Source: Myxococcales bacterium (GTDB lineage: Bacteria; Myxococcota; UBA727; GCA-2721815). From it: a stretch of DNA of 64,000 nucleotides. Each line of letters starts with the position of its first letter. The first letter of the stretch is position 1. Positions 19,896 through 29,232 of the stretch are shown one piece after another. The translations under genes and the position numbers were made by a program. Under the pieces are notes generated by a model. That model did no database searches. It worked only from the letters and a program-made list of their open reading frames with translations, and had not been told where the DNA came from. The DNA is taken from NCBI GenBank assembly GCA_002721815.1, contig PBLQ01000043.1, positions 2,571 through 66,570 on the forward strand. The letters run 5' to 3'.

Positions 19896-20840
19896 ATGCC
19901 CGTGAAAGAGGAGTGCGCACCTATGGCGTCCATAAGCTCTTCAGGCGATGGCCTGGATAATTTAGTCGATTTGATTACCCAGAAGGTTCAAGCACGCCTT
20001 ACTGGAGAGTCCCAATCCACGGATCCGGGTTACGATCCCAATACCCCTTGCGATGTTTCACTCGATAATTGCAACGAATGCGGGTTTTGTGTGACGCGTA
20101 AAAAAGAAGCGGTGGATAATCTCATCGGTATCGGAGCAGCACGCATTGGAGCGGGCCCCGGTGGTGCCAAGCCCAGTGATAACCTGGCGCAATACATCGA
20201 CCACACTTTATTAAAGCCAGAAACCACACGAGACGATTTGAAGCGTGTCACCGACGAGGCTCGTCAATGGGGCTTTGCAACGGTATGCGTGAACGCCTCG
20301 AACATTCCCTATGTGGCGCGTGCGTTGCGGGGAACCAATACCAAACCCATCGCGGTGGTCGGTTTTCCCTTAGGGGCCATGACACCCACGGCGAAAGCTT
20401 ATGAAGCCAAAGAGGCCATTCGAAACGGCGCCCGCGAAATTGACATGGTGATCAACATAGGCGCCCTTAAATCAAAAAATTACCAGTTGGTTTGTGAAGA
20501 CATTTGTCGTGTGGTGGAAGCTTCTAAACCTTACCCCGTGAAGGTCATTATCGAAGCATCGGCACTGAACCGAGATGAGAAAATTATTGCCTGCGCGTTG
20601 TCCAAGGCTTCCAATGCCCATTTCGTGAAGACCTCTACTGGTTTTGGTAAAGGGGGCGCCACCGTAGAAGACGTTGCCCTCATGCGTGAAGTGGTAGGAG
20701 ACAACATGCTGGTGAAAGCTTCCGGTGGGGTACGTGACGAAAAAGATTTACGCAACATGATTGGTGCAGGTGCGGATCGCATTGGTGCATCAGCTTCGGT
20801 GGCAATATTGAGCGGCCAGAAATCAACGTCGAGTTATTAA
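19896..20840 (+). CDS. deoC: Deoxyribose-phosphate aldolase with ~95-aa N-terminal extension
   Basis: Core IDHTLLKPE...VCV...VVGFPLG...EIDMVINIG...FVKTSTGF (Schiff-base Lys). The ATG at 19923 has a better RBS (GAGGAG 9 nt upstream) than the ATG at 19896. Confidence 0.9.
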   Translation: MPVKEECAPMASISSSGDGLDNLVDLITQKVQARLTGESQSTDPGYDPNTPCDVSLDNCNECGFCVTRKKEAVDNLIGIGAARIGAGPGGAKPSDNLAQYIDHTLLKPETTRDDLKRVTDEARQWGFATVCVNASNIPYVARALRGTNTKPIAVVGFPLGAMTPTAKAYEAKEAIRNGAREIDMVINIGALKSKNYQLVCEDICRVVEASKPYPVKVIIEASALNRDEKIIACALSKASNAHFVKTSTGFGKGGATVEDVALMREVVGDNMLVKASGGVRDEKDLRNMIGAGADRIGASASVAILSGQKSTSSY

Positions 20841-20847
20841 GAGGACG

Positions 20848-22635
20848 GTGGTGCGCATCGATTTTCTCCACAGGACCTTTGGGGTTTTCGCCGCCCTCAG
20901 TTGCGTGGTGATATTGGGCGCGTGTTCCAGTTTCTTAGGTGCCACCTTACCCCCTGGGGCCGCGGGCGGGGCTTTTTCAAAAAATCCCAAAGGTTTGCCC
21001 AAAATGTCTCGGGTGATGTACGGGCACCAACTGGATTTGAATTCGGCCGCCACCCAAAAACTTCAAATGCAGTATCGCGTGTTACGACTGCTCGACATCA
21101 CCTCCCGGGATTTTCGAAAACAATTTTCACGGCAGGCGACGACCTGGAAAAGCAAATTTACCGATTTTTCCCGAATCAAAACCAACGACATTGATCTGGT
21201 CATGGAAGGGGCGCATTGGGCAGTAGAGCTGGACGCGTTGCTTTTTTCGGTTTGGAAAGATTACAGAAATTATCTTCCCTATGGCTCTGAGCCCGATATT
21301 TACGCCCCTTCTAGCGGCGCAAATCTATTGGACAAAGCCACGAGAATGAAGGGGGGGGTTTTGGTTTTGGCAGCGGAATTGCTGCGAATGGACAACACAC
21401 GAGTCTTGATCGAAACCTCTCAGAGCGTGCCTTTGGTGGCCTATCTCATGAACCGCGGTGATGATAAATTTGGGGTGCCTGGCGAAAGCTTTGATCGCAT
21501 GATTGGCCAATATTTTGAGCCTGACAGGCGTCTCATTCTTCGAAAATTTTTGTTGGACGTTGAATTTTCACGACATGAACTCAATTCAATTGCGGCAAAA
21601 GACACTGAGCTTGCCTTTGCTTTATCGATCATTCAACAAAGCCAAGCTGGGAGTTTACTCAAGAAAGAGAACGCCTTTGCCCGGCAACGCAACTACTCCA
21701 TTGTGGTGATGCAACGCACATGGGCCAGCTTTTTGACCCCAACTTACAACTGGCAATTGCGAGCCGCGCTCTCGAAAAAGAAAAAGAAGAAAAAAGAAAA
21801 AATGAAAACTGTGGCTGAGATTAAAGGGGCCGCCGAATCATTTTACGATCATTTGAAACCCATGGACGTGATTTTAATTGGCGAAGAAAAACGAGTCACA
21901 AAGGGGGAGAAAGAGCGATTTGATCATGCCGTAATTTATCTGGGTTCGTTTCGTGATGTGGCTCGAATGGGATTTGCCGAACATAAAGCCATGAGCCTGT
22001 ATGGGGGTGATCTCCGTCGCGGTCATACCTTTTTAGAGTTGGCCGGAAGTGGCATTAAATTGTGGGAAATCGACGATATGTTGCAAGTCAATGAGTTGGT
22101 GGTTTTACGATACGCCAAAAACCGTTTGGTAGAGGCGACTTTGCCCATTAACGAAAATGAAGACAACGAAGAGGGCCCGGATGCTGAAGCGGCAGAACAG
22201 CTTACCATTGAAAACGAAGAAACATCAGGTTTTAACCGCCCATCCATCGAATTGGTCCAAGATGTGAATATTGGTAACTTGGGCCAAGTGGCATCGGAAG
22301 AAGCTTCATGGCGGGACTATGCGCAACGAGATGTGCAAGTGAAAAGCTTGACGCAACGAACACTCGACCTCATGATTAAGCCGGAGTTTGTGAGTCCCCC
22401 ATCCCTCAATGATTTAGAACGATCGTCTCTACTGTTATCCTCGGTTTTCGGCATGAAGGGTTTGGGGGTTTCATTGAGAGCCGGTCAAAATGTGGCCTCG
22501 TTAAAGCAAATGCTCACCGCAGCAGTGGTCATTAGCGATGTGGCAGAAATACCTTTCACTGTTTTAAAAGGTGACTTTAGAGCTGAAGGTGCGGCGAAAG
22601 GCATGCTGATAAAAAGCATGGCAGAGATGAACTAG
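20848..22635 (+). CDS. Hypothetical lipoprotein with internal poly-Lys tract
   Basis: Lipobox VILGAC. SKKKKKKKEKMK at mid-protein. The C-terminal half has a weak YiiX/permuted-papain-like look (LKPMDVILIG...FDHAVIYLG...HTFLEL), not verified. 595 aa. Confidence 0.7.
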   Translation: MVRIDFLHRTFGVFAALSCVVILGACSSFLGATLPPGAAGGAFSKNPKGLPKMSRVMYGHQLDLNSAATQKLQMQYRVLRLLDITSRDFRKQFSRQATTWKSKFTDFSRIKTNDIDLVMEGAHWAVELDALLFSVWKDYRNYLPYGSEPDIYAPSSGANLLDKATRMKGGVLVLAAELLRMDNTRVLIETSQSVPLVAYLMNRGDDKFGVPGESFDRMIGQYFEPDRRLILRKFLLDVEFSRHELNSIAAKDTELAFALSIIQQSQAGSLLKKENAFARQRNYSIVVMQRTWASFLTPTYNWQLRAALSKKKKKKKEKMKTVAEIKGAAESFYDHLKPMDVILIGEEKRVTKGEKERFDHAVIYLGSFRDVARMGFAEHKAMSLYGGDLRRGHTFLELAGSGIKLWEIDDMLQVNELVVLRYAKNRLVEATLPINENEDNEEGPDAEAAEQLTIENEETSGFNRPSIELVQDVNIGNLGQVASEEASWRDYAQRDVQVKSLTQRTLDLMIKPEFVSPPSLNDLERSSLLLSSVFGMKGLGVSLRAGQNVASLKQMLTAAVVISDVAEIPFTVLKGDFRAEGAAKGMLIKSMAEMN

Positions 22636-22644
22636 GAGTCCAGT

Positions 22645-23958
22645 TTGCGGGCATACGACTTAATTCTAAAAAAACGTAATGGCCTGGTGTTGACCAGCGA
22701 TGAGATCGAATTTTTAATCGCGGGTTACACCGACGGTCGAATCACTGAATACCAAATGGCGGCCTTTGCCATGGCGGTTTATTTTAAAGGCATGACATCG
22801 CCCGAATTGGCACAGTTCACCTCATGCATGTTGCATTCCGGTTCGGTGATCGATTTGTCGCATCTCAATGTCCTCAAAGTAGACAAGCATTCTACAGGGG
22901 GAGTAGGTGACAAGATTTCATTGCCCTTGGCACCAGCTGTTGCGGCCTGTGGGGTACCTGTCCCCATGGTGTCAGGGCGTGGTTTGGGACACACGGGTGG
23001 GACGTTGGATAAGCTCGAGAGCATTCCTGGGTTTAGAGTGGATCTAGACATCCCCACCTACAAACGTTTGGTGGAAGATATCGGTTGTTGTTTGATAGGT
23101 CAGACGGGTGAGGTGGCACCGGCGGACAAGAAGCTGTACGCCCTTCGTGATGTCACGGCCACTGTGGACTGCATTCCATTGATCGCATCCTCCATCATGT
23201 CCAAAAAATTAGCTGAGGGCATAGATGCTCTGGTTTTAGATGTGAAAGTGGGCTCCGGGGCCTTTATGAAAAAAGAAGAGGATGCACGTTTACTTGCAAA
23301 AACGATGGTGGGCATTGGCACCCACATGAACAAAAAGGTAGTGGCCCGTCTCACCAGCATGGAGCAGCCCCTGGGCGTCAAGGTTGGAAACAGTTTGGAG
23401 GTCCTTGAGTCCTTAGATGTTTTATCAGGAGGAGGCCCCGAAGACGTCGTGCAACTCACCGTGGAGCTGGGGGCAGAAATGTTACTGGCTGGCGATAAGG
23501 CGTCCAATATGGACGAAGCACGTGAAAAACTTTCCGAGGTTTTACAAAACGGCAAGGCACTGGCCAAATTTGCTCAAATTATTGAAGCGCAACACGGAGA
23601 CCCCAAAGTGATCGATGACCGTGGATTACTGCCTTTGTCTTCCAAAACAACCGTTTTTACAGCGTCGCAAACCGGTTATCTTTCGGCAGTCAATACTGAA
23701 AAAGTAGGCGTCGCCTCCATGCTTTTGGGAGGAGGGCGGCAAAAAGCCAGCGATGCGGTGGATCCTTCTGTGGGTTTAGAAATTCATGCGCGCTTGGGAG
23801 ACGCCATTACAGCGGGTCAGCCCATTGCCACGGTCTATCATCAAGAAAAAGGATTAGATGAATGTCTTGAAGTCTTGAAGAGCGCCTTCACCATCGATGA
23901 ACAACCTATTTCGGCGCCACCTTTGTTTATCGATCGCGTGGATGAGAACAGTCTATGA
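22645..23958 (+). CDS. deoA: Thymidine/pyrimidine-nucleoside phosphorylase
   Basis: TTG start. MRAYDLILKKRNG..., KHSTGGVGDK, SGRGLGHTGGTLDKLE. 437 aa. Confidence 0.93.
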   Translation: MRAYDLILKKRNGLVLTSDEIEFLIAGYTDGRITEYQMAAFAMAVYFKGMTSPELAQFTSCMLHSGSVIDLSHLNVLKVDKHSTGGVGDKISLPLAPAVAACGVPVPMVSGRGLGHTGGTLDKLESIPGFRVDLDIPTYKRLVEDIGCCLIGQTGEVAPADKKLYALRDVTATVDCIPLIASSIMSKKLAEGIDALVLDVKVGSGAFMKKEEDARLLAKTMVGIGTHMNKKVVARLTSMEQPLGVKVGNSLEVLESLDVLSGGGPEDVVQLTVELGAEMLLAGDKASNMDEAREKLSEVLQNGKALAKFAQIIEAQHGDPKVIDDRGLLPLSSKTTVFTASQTGYLSAVNTEKVGVASMLLGGGRQKASDAVDPSVGLEIHARLGDAITAGQPIATVYHQEKGLDECLEVLKSAFTIDEQPISAPPLFIDRVDENSL

Positions 23959-25478
23959 TGAAGGTATGGCTATTACTGACCTTATGCATGTGGACACCAG
24001 CAGGTGTTTGGGCGTCCGATGGCGGTGTGACCGCTCAAAATATGGCCGTTGAGACCGCAGCGCCTGTTGTGACACCACCTGCAGCTGTACCTGAAGTGCC
24101 CGCAGAGCCACCAACTGCCACGACACAAAAACTGTCTCAAGTTTCAAATAAAACCCTCGACCAAGATTTCGGTGGGCGCATGATGGGTTTGGTGGGGTGC
24201 TTATTTATTTTATTTTTGGGTTGGGCCCTCTCTTTAAACCGTCACAAGATTCCCTGGCGTTTGGTGGGGATGGGCACTGCTTTACAACTGTTTTTTGCAT
24301 TTGTTGTCCTTAAAACAGAGATTGGGCTTTCTTTTTTTGAAGTGGCCAACGACGTCGTTCGAAAGCTTCTGTCTTTTTCAGACGAGGGCGCTCGATTTAT
24401 TTTTGGCAACCTAATTCAAAACAACGTGGAAGTGGGGCAACCGCTGTTTGCCCCCGAAACCATGTCGCCCTTACAGCCTGATGGTTCTTTTGCGGCAGTG
24501 GGTGCCATGTTTGCCTTTGGTGTGTTGCCCACCATCATTTTCTTTAGCGCCATGACCGCGGTTTTATACCATCTCAATATTTTACCTCGGTTGGTGCGGG
24601 TGATGGCATGGCTCATGCAAAAAACCATGAAGACGTCTGGTGCCGAAAGTCTGTCCGCTTCGGCGAATATTTTTGTGGGTCAAACTGAAGCGCCATTGAT
24701 GATTCGCCCATTTCTGAAGGAGATGACATCTTCTGAGCTCATGGCCGTGATGACCGGCGGTTTTGCCACGGTGGCCGGCGGGGTGATGGCGGCTTATGTG
24801 GGGATGCTCAGTGGTATTTTTCCTGACATCGCTGGGCACCTCATTGCTGCCAGTGTGATGTCTGCACCTGCCAGTTTGGTCTTGGCGAAAATGATGGTGC
24901 CTGAAACTGAGACACCCACCACCATGACGGCAGAAGACGTGGTGGTTGAAAAGCAAGACGCCAACGTCTTAGCGGCGGCAAGTCGAGGAACCACCGAAGG
25001 TCTCACACTCGCTTTAAATGTTGGGGCCATGCTGGTGGCGTTTATCGCTATCGTGGCCATGCTCAATTGGATGCTGGGTGCTTTGGGCGCGCTTTTGGGT
25101 TTCGATGGGTTAACGCTCCAGGTGATTTTGGGGTGGATTTTAGGACCTTTGGCCTGGATGTTGGGCGTCCCATGGGATGACGCCAACCTCATCGGAAGCA
25201 TGCTGGGCACCAAGACGGTGGTGAACGAATTTGTGGCCTACATGGAATTGGCCGACGGCCTGAAAAATGGAAGTATTCAGCATGCCAAAAGTGTGGTGAT
25301 TGCCACCTATGCCCTTTGTGGGTTCGCGAATTTTTCATCCATCGGGATTCAGATAGGTGGGTTAAGCGCCATCGAACCGTCGCGCCGCGGTGATTTGGGC
25401 CGACTCGGCTTGCGCGCCATGATTGCCGCCACCTTGGCTTGTTTTCAAACAGCTGCCATTGCTGGCATGTTGCTATAA
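23955..25478 (+). CDS. nupC: NupC/CNT-family nucleoside transporter with N-terminal signal/extension
   Basis: Multi-TM CNT-like core (FIFGNL..., GFATVAGGVMAAYV, ALCGFANFSSIGIQIGG). ATGA overlap with the deoA stop. Confidence 0.88.
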   Translation: MMKVWLLLTLCMWTPAGVWASDGGVTAQNMAVETAAPVVTPPAAVPEVPAEPPTATTQKLSQVSNKTLDQDFGGRMMGLVGCLFILFLGWALSLNRHKIPWRLVGMGTALQLFFAFVVLKTEIGLSFFEVANDVVRKLLSFSDEGARFIFGNLIQNNVEVGQPLFAPETMSPLQPDGSFAAVGAMFAFGVLPTIIFFSAMTAVLYHLNILPRLVRVMAWLMQKTMKTSGAESLSASANIFVGQTEAPLMIRPFLKEMTSSELMAVMTGGFATVAGGVMAAYVGMLSGIFPDIAGHLIAASVMSAPASLVLAKMMVPETETPTTMTAEDVVVEKQDANVLAAASRGTTEGLTLALNVGAMLVAFIAIVAMLNWMLGALGALLGFDGLTLQVILGWILGPLAWMLGVPWDDANLIGSMLGTKTVVNEFVAYMELADGLKNGSIQHAKSVVIATYALCGFANFSSIGIQIGGLSAIEPSRRGDLGRLGLRAMIAATLACFQTAAIAGMLL

Positions 25479-25499
25479 GATTAACGAAGGGACACACGC

Positions 25500-26360
25500 A
25501 TGAGTACGACATTAGGTCAAACGGTCACGGGTTACGAAGCCATTCAAGCCGCCGCCGCATTTATTCGGGATCGTCTGGGGGTTCATGAAAACGTCGCCAG
25601 CGTGGGTGTGGTGCTGGGATCCGGCTTGGGATCGGTGGCAGATGAGGTATTGGCAGGAGAGGGCGGCCAAGCCATTCCTTACGGTGAAATTCCGCATTTC
25701 CCCACCTCGTCCGTGGCCGGTCATAAGGGCAGATTGGTGTTTGGCCAGTCCAATGGGCAACCCGTTCTTTTGATGCAGGGCCGTGTGCACGCATACGAAG
25801 GGTACACACCGGCTGCAGTGGTTTTTCCCATTCGCGTGTTAATGGCATTGGGTATTCAAACAGTTATTTTGACCAACGCGGCGGGTGGCATCACCGCGGG
25901 CATGCAACCGGGCACGTTGATGCTCATCACTGACCATTTGAATCTGACCGGTGATAACCCGCTCATCGGTAAAAATGATGATCGTCTTGGGCCCAGGTTT
26001 CCCGATATGTCATTTACCTACCATCCCGATTTGCAAACAAAAGCCAAAGCAGTGGCCCAAGAGGTTGGATGTGATTTGGCGCAGGGGGTTTATGCCGGTT
26101 TGTTAGGCCCCAGCTATGAAACACCCGCTGAGATAAAAATGTTACAAACTTTGGGGGCTAACGCGGTGGGCATGAGCACGGTCTACGAGGCCATTGCCGC
26201 ATCCCATCAGGGGGTCAAGGTATTGGGAATTTCCTGCATTACCAATCTTGCTGCAGGTATCTCGGAGCAAGAACTGTCCCACGAGGAGGTGGCTGAAACC
26301 GCCAAAAAAGTGGAGCGGGTTTTTGCCAATATGATTCTCAAGCTGGTTCAACAAATATAG
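25500..26360 (+). CDS. punA: Purine nucleoside phosphorylase (trimeric PNP/PunA type)
   Basis: VLGSGLG, FPTSSVAGHKGRLVFG, LMQGRVHAYEGY, NAAGG, GMSTV motifs. 286 aa. Confidence 0.92.
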   Translation: MSTTLGQTVTGYEAIQAAAAFIRDRLGVHENVASVGVVLGSGLGSVADEVLAGEGGQAIPYGEIPHFPTSSVAGHKGRLVFGQSNGQPVLLMQGRVHAYEGYTPAAVVFPIRVLMALGIQTVILTNAAGGITAGMQPGTLMLITDHLNLTGDNPLIGKNDDRLGPRFPDMSFTYHPDLQTKAKAVAQEVGCDLAQGVYAGLLGPSYETPAEIKMLQTLGANAVGMSTVYEAIAASHQGVKVLGISCITNLAAGISEQELSHEEVAETAKKVERVFANMILKLVQQI

Positions 26361-26366
26361 GCGGAT

Positions 26367-27686
26367 TTACAACTCTTGTGTGGCCAACAAATCGATGCCT
26401 TTTTGATTGCCACCCACCCAAAAGAGGATCCCACCGGGGCCCCTAAAAAGACGCGATTGAGCTCTGCTTCTTTCGGGGGAGATGTCTTTGATACGCTCAT
26501 TTTCTATCAGCCGAATTTGATCACCGGCTGCGTTGACAAAAACCCAGTGGTTTGGTCGGGCCTCGTTAAAAATGATGGGTTCAAAGCCCCCTTGGAAAAC
26601 AGTCTCTTCGTCAATGAGCTCTTGAGGTTCTAGCTGTGTGTCCAGACTGTACAGACCTTTGGGGGTCAGGCATACCATCAAACTTTGGTGGTTTGCGGTA
26701 CAATTCACCACTTCATCTTCAAAGAAGGATCGTTCTTCGGTGATTTCCCCATTTTCGTAGGACAAGAGGTAAAGTTTTCCATAGGACGAATTTTGTTTTT
26801 CAACGAGCCACATTTCCTGATCGTCTGGCTGGGTGTGTATAAAATGAAGAATTGGGTTGGGACTGTCGGTACTCCATTCGGCGCGTGGCGTTCCATCACG
26901 CTCCCTGACTTCGACCTTGTTTCCTTCGCTAAGCCAAAGAAGGGCGTTTCCTGCCCATATATCACTGTTGCAACTGGTTCGAGTGGGTTGCTGTTCGAGT
27001 GTTTGAATCACAGCTTCGTCGTTCAGTGGGGCTTTTTGCAGCGCACCCGCAGGGTTTCCTGTTTCATCACATCCCCCATACACCCACAGATTATTCTTGA
27101 TGTCGATGGTGCAGGCGCCGTTGGTGGGTGTGTCTGTAAAGCTGGGACCGTTGGCAATTGATTTTTTAGCGTAATCCAGGAAGTGAATATCAGTGGAAAG
27201 TTCTTGCCAGTCGCCCAGCGAGGAGCCCATCACCAGTTGGTTTTCTGCGTCTAGGCAGGCCATGATATCGCCGTCATGGGGATAAATGGTAGAGATAGGG
27301 GCCACTTCATTGGCTGGGCCCATAAAGACCAATGCGGGCTCCTGTTGCACGCTGGTATCATCTTCTGGCCAATTCAAAGGCAACCAATCAGAAGCGCCCA
27401 CGTAATCGACCCCCACATTGGTGAGTGCTAAATCAATTTGAATGGCGGTATCTGCCAGTTGTAAGTCAGATAATTCCACGGCAAAGTTTTCTGCGGGGCC
27501 ATCGAATTGTTGTTGGTATCCGGTGTTGGTTTGAAGACGGGCTGTGAGCAAGGCGCTTGCATCAAAGTAGGCCGCACCCGTGGGTTGCCAAATGTTCAAC
27601 CGCAACGTGTTTAGGTTCGTGGGGGCATCACATGCAAGGGCCAGTGCGCCAAACACTGATAATAAAAAACAAACCCCAAATTTCAT
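26367..27686 (-). CDS. Hypothetical lipoprotein
   Basis: Start taken at ATG 27686 (MKFGVCFLLSVFGALALAC, lipobox), which forms an ATGA overlap with the stop of the upstream gene. The ORF extension to 27797 was rejected. Confidence 0.7.
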   Translation of the reverse strand: MKFGVCFLLSVFGALALACDAPTNLNTLRLNIWQPTGAAYFDASALLTARLQTNTGYQQQFDGPAENFAVELSDLQLADTAIQIDLALTNVGVDYVGASDWLPLNWPEDDTSVQQEPALVFMGPANEVAPISTIYPHDGDIMACLDAENQLVMGSSLGDWQELSTDIHFLDYAKKSIANGPSFTDTPTNGACTIDIKNNLWVYGGCDETGNPAGALQKAPLNDEAVIQTLEQQPTRTSCNSDIWAGNALLWLSEGNKVEVRERDGTPRAEWSTDSPNPILHFIHTQPDDQEMWLVEKQNSSYGKLYLLSYENGEITEERSFFEDEVVNCTANHQSLMVCLTPKGLYSLDTQLEPQELIDEETVFQGGFEPIIFNEARPNHWVFVNAAGDQIRLIENERIKDISPERSRAQSRLFRGPGGILFWVGGNQKGIDLLATQEL

Positions 27687-28996
27687 GGTACCACCTCTAC
27701 CCGAAGAGTGCCCTGTGGTTCTTGGGTGGGCCACAACAAAAACCCTGCGGTCACCGCACCAAGAACGATCACCGAAGATGTGCCAATTAACGCCCAAGAA
27801 GCCCCGCTGATGGCGGGTTTTGTTTCCCCAATACTGATCGCTTTTGTGTTGGGGGTGTCTATTGGATTGTTCGGGGTGAGGGCTTGCGGGGTACCTTTAA
27901 AAAGCGTGTTGAGTGACTGTCGCAGTGCCCCATCGCGTTGCTGCGGATGCTCGAAGTGGGTGAGGGCAAAATGCACCGCTTCTTTTTGTCTGGCATCAAT
28001 GTATATGGCCATCACCGATTTTTGCTGCTGGCCAATTTCACCTACCATAAGCAACGGTGTCTCGCCTGCGGCGACGGACAAACCATGACAAAACGAAAAA
28101 AGATTGGAGTCTTTGGGTGGCAGAACAAAGGTGTTTGTTTGCTTTATAAATCGAAATTGAGCGTCGAAATCTAATTCGAGCTCTACTTTTTGGTGGTGAA
28201 CTTGAATGGTGCGTGTGGGCGAACGTACACCGTCTTTTTCTGCCCAAATGCGATAAGTTCCTGAATGCAGCGCATCTAACAACTGCAAAGGGGCGAGCCC
28301 TACTTTTCGCCCTTCCACAAATACCACCGCATTGGTGGGGTTGGTCTTGATAAATAACGGCACCCTTTGGTTTTCCGCCAGGTGCGCTCGGGCTCGAGCA
28401 AAACGTTTGCGCAACACCGGTGGGTATTTGCTGGGGAGTAATTCCATTCGTGGGTTTGCTCTCAAAGCATCATTCAATAGGGTGGCGATCACTTTTTGTT
28501 GGTCATCGGTGAGGCTCTCGCCCAGCGCGAGTAAACGACTGGCTGTTTGCAAACGCAGTTTTTGCAAGGACTCGATTTGTGTTTCGGTGGGCCGTTGAAG
28601 CTGGGTTAAGGCTCGAATGAGTTCTTGATACACCAACACGGCTTGGTCCAGCTCGCCGCGTTGATAAAAGGCATCCGCACGCAGCCGGAGGTCATTGATG
28701 TGTTTTTCAACCTTGGTTGAGGTGCCGTCTTCAGAAGGCAGAAGGATTTGTTGCAATCGTGAATTAGGCAGAGACCTTAGTGAATTTTTCTGGAGCCACG
28801 CTTGGGTTTCTTTTTGAAGGTCTTGAGTTGCCTGATTTCCCACGTCCGGTTGGAGCTGACGGACCCCTACCACCATGAAGGCCTCGTTCGCCAGTACAGA
28901 GATCGGGATGATATTGGCCCCTAAAACCAAGGCCAAAAGCAAAAACGACCCTTGGTTTTTGAAGATCTCTAGACCCTTTTGTGCACGGTAAATCAT
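27683..28996 (-). CDS. PEGA-domain membrane protein
   Basis: N-terminal signal/anchor, helical TPR-like region, PEGA-like FIKTNPTNAVVFVEGRKVGLAPL...SGTYRIWAEKDG, and C-terminal TM helix WALIGTSSVIVLGAVTAGFLLW. Confidence 0.72.
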   Translation of the reverse strand: MIYRAQKGLEIFKNQGSFLLLALVLGANIIPISVLANEAFMVVGVRQLQPDVGNQATQDLQKETQAWLQKNSLRSLPNSRLQQILLPSEDGTSTKVEKHINDLRLRADAFYQRGELDQAVLVYQELIRALTQLQRPTETQIESLQKLRLQTASRLLALGESLTDDQQKVIATLLNDALRANPRMELLPSKYPPVLRKRFARARAHLAENQRVPLFIKTNPTNAVVFVEGRKVGLAPLQLLDALHSGTYRIWAEKDGVRSPTRTIQVHHQKVELELDFDAQFRFIKQTNTFVLPPKDSNLFSFCHGLSVAAGETPLLMVGEIGQQQKSVMAIYIDARQKEAVHFALTHFEHPQQRDGALRQSLNTLFKGTPQALTPNNPIDTPNTKAISIGETKPAISGASWALIGTSSVIVLGAVTAGFLLWPTQEPQGTLRVEVVP

Positions 28997-29232
28997 GGGA
29001 GTGGGGATAGCTTATTGTCATTAAGCCCACAACATCCCGTATTGCCATTGGGACATGGAATGCCCTTCTGAAACAGGTCCCAGAAAAGGCCATTAAAAAC
29101 AGTGCCTTGGCGGCTCGCCTCTTTTGGTGAGGTGCGTTAAATCTTTGGCCGGCCACACTTGTAAACTGGTAAAAACGCGCTAAAACGGGGCGGGACAGGG
29201 TTTGTTTTTTGAGACAATAAAGCGAGTGAACA

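Noticed and set aside
21775-21802. A-rich tract as a programmed frameshift site or pseudogene break in ORF 20848-22635.
   Set aside because: The reading frame is continuous across the tract and codes for a plausible Lys linker. No alternative-frame ORF continues from it.
28997-29232. Possible sucA-type RNA leader motif or terminator-like G-rich stretch upstream of the OdhA-type gene.
   Set aside because: No convincing stem could be paired: the G-runs lack complementary C-runs. The known sucA motifs belong to other lineages. Only a weak TTGTAA-16-TAAAAC promoter-like pair is visible.
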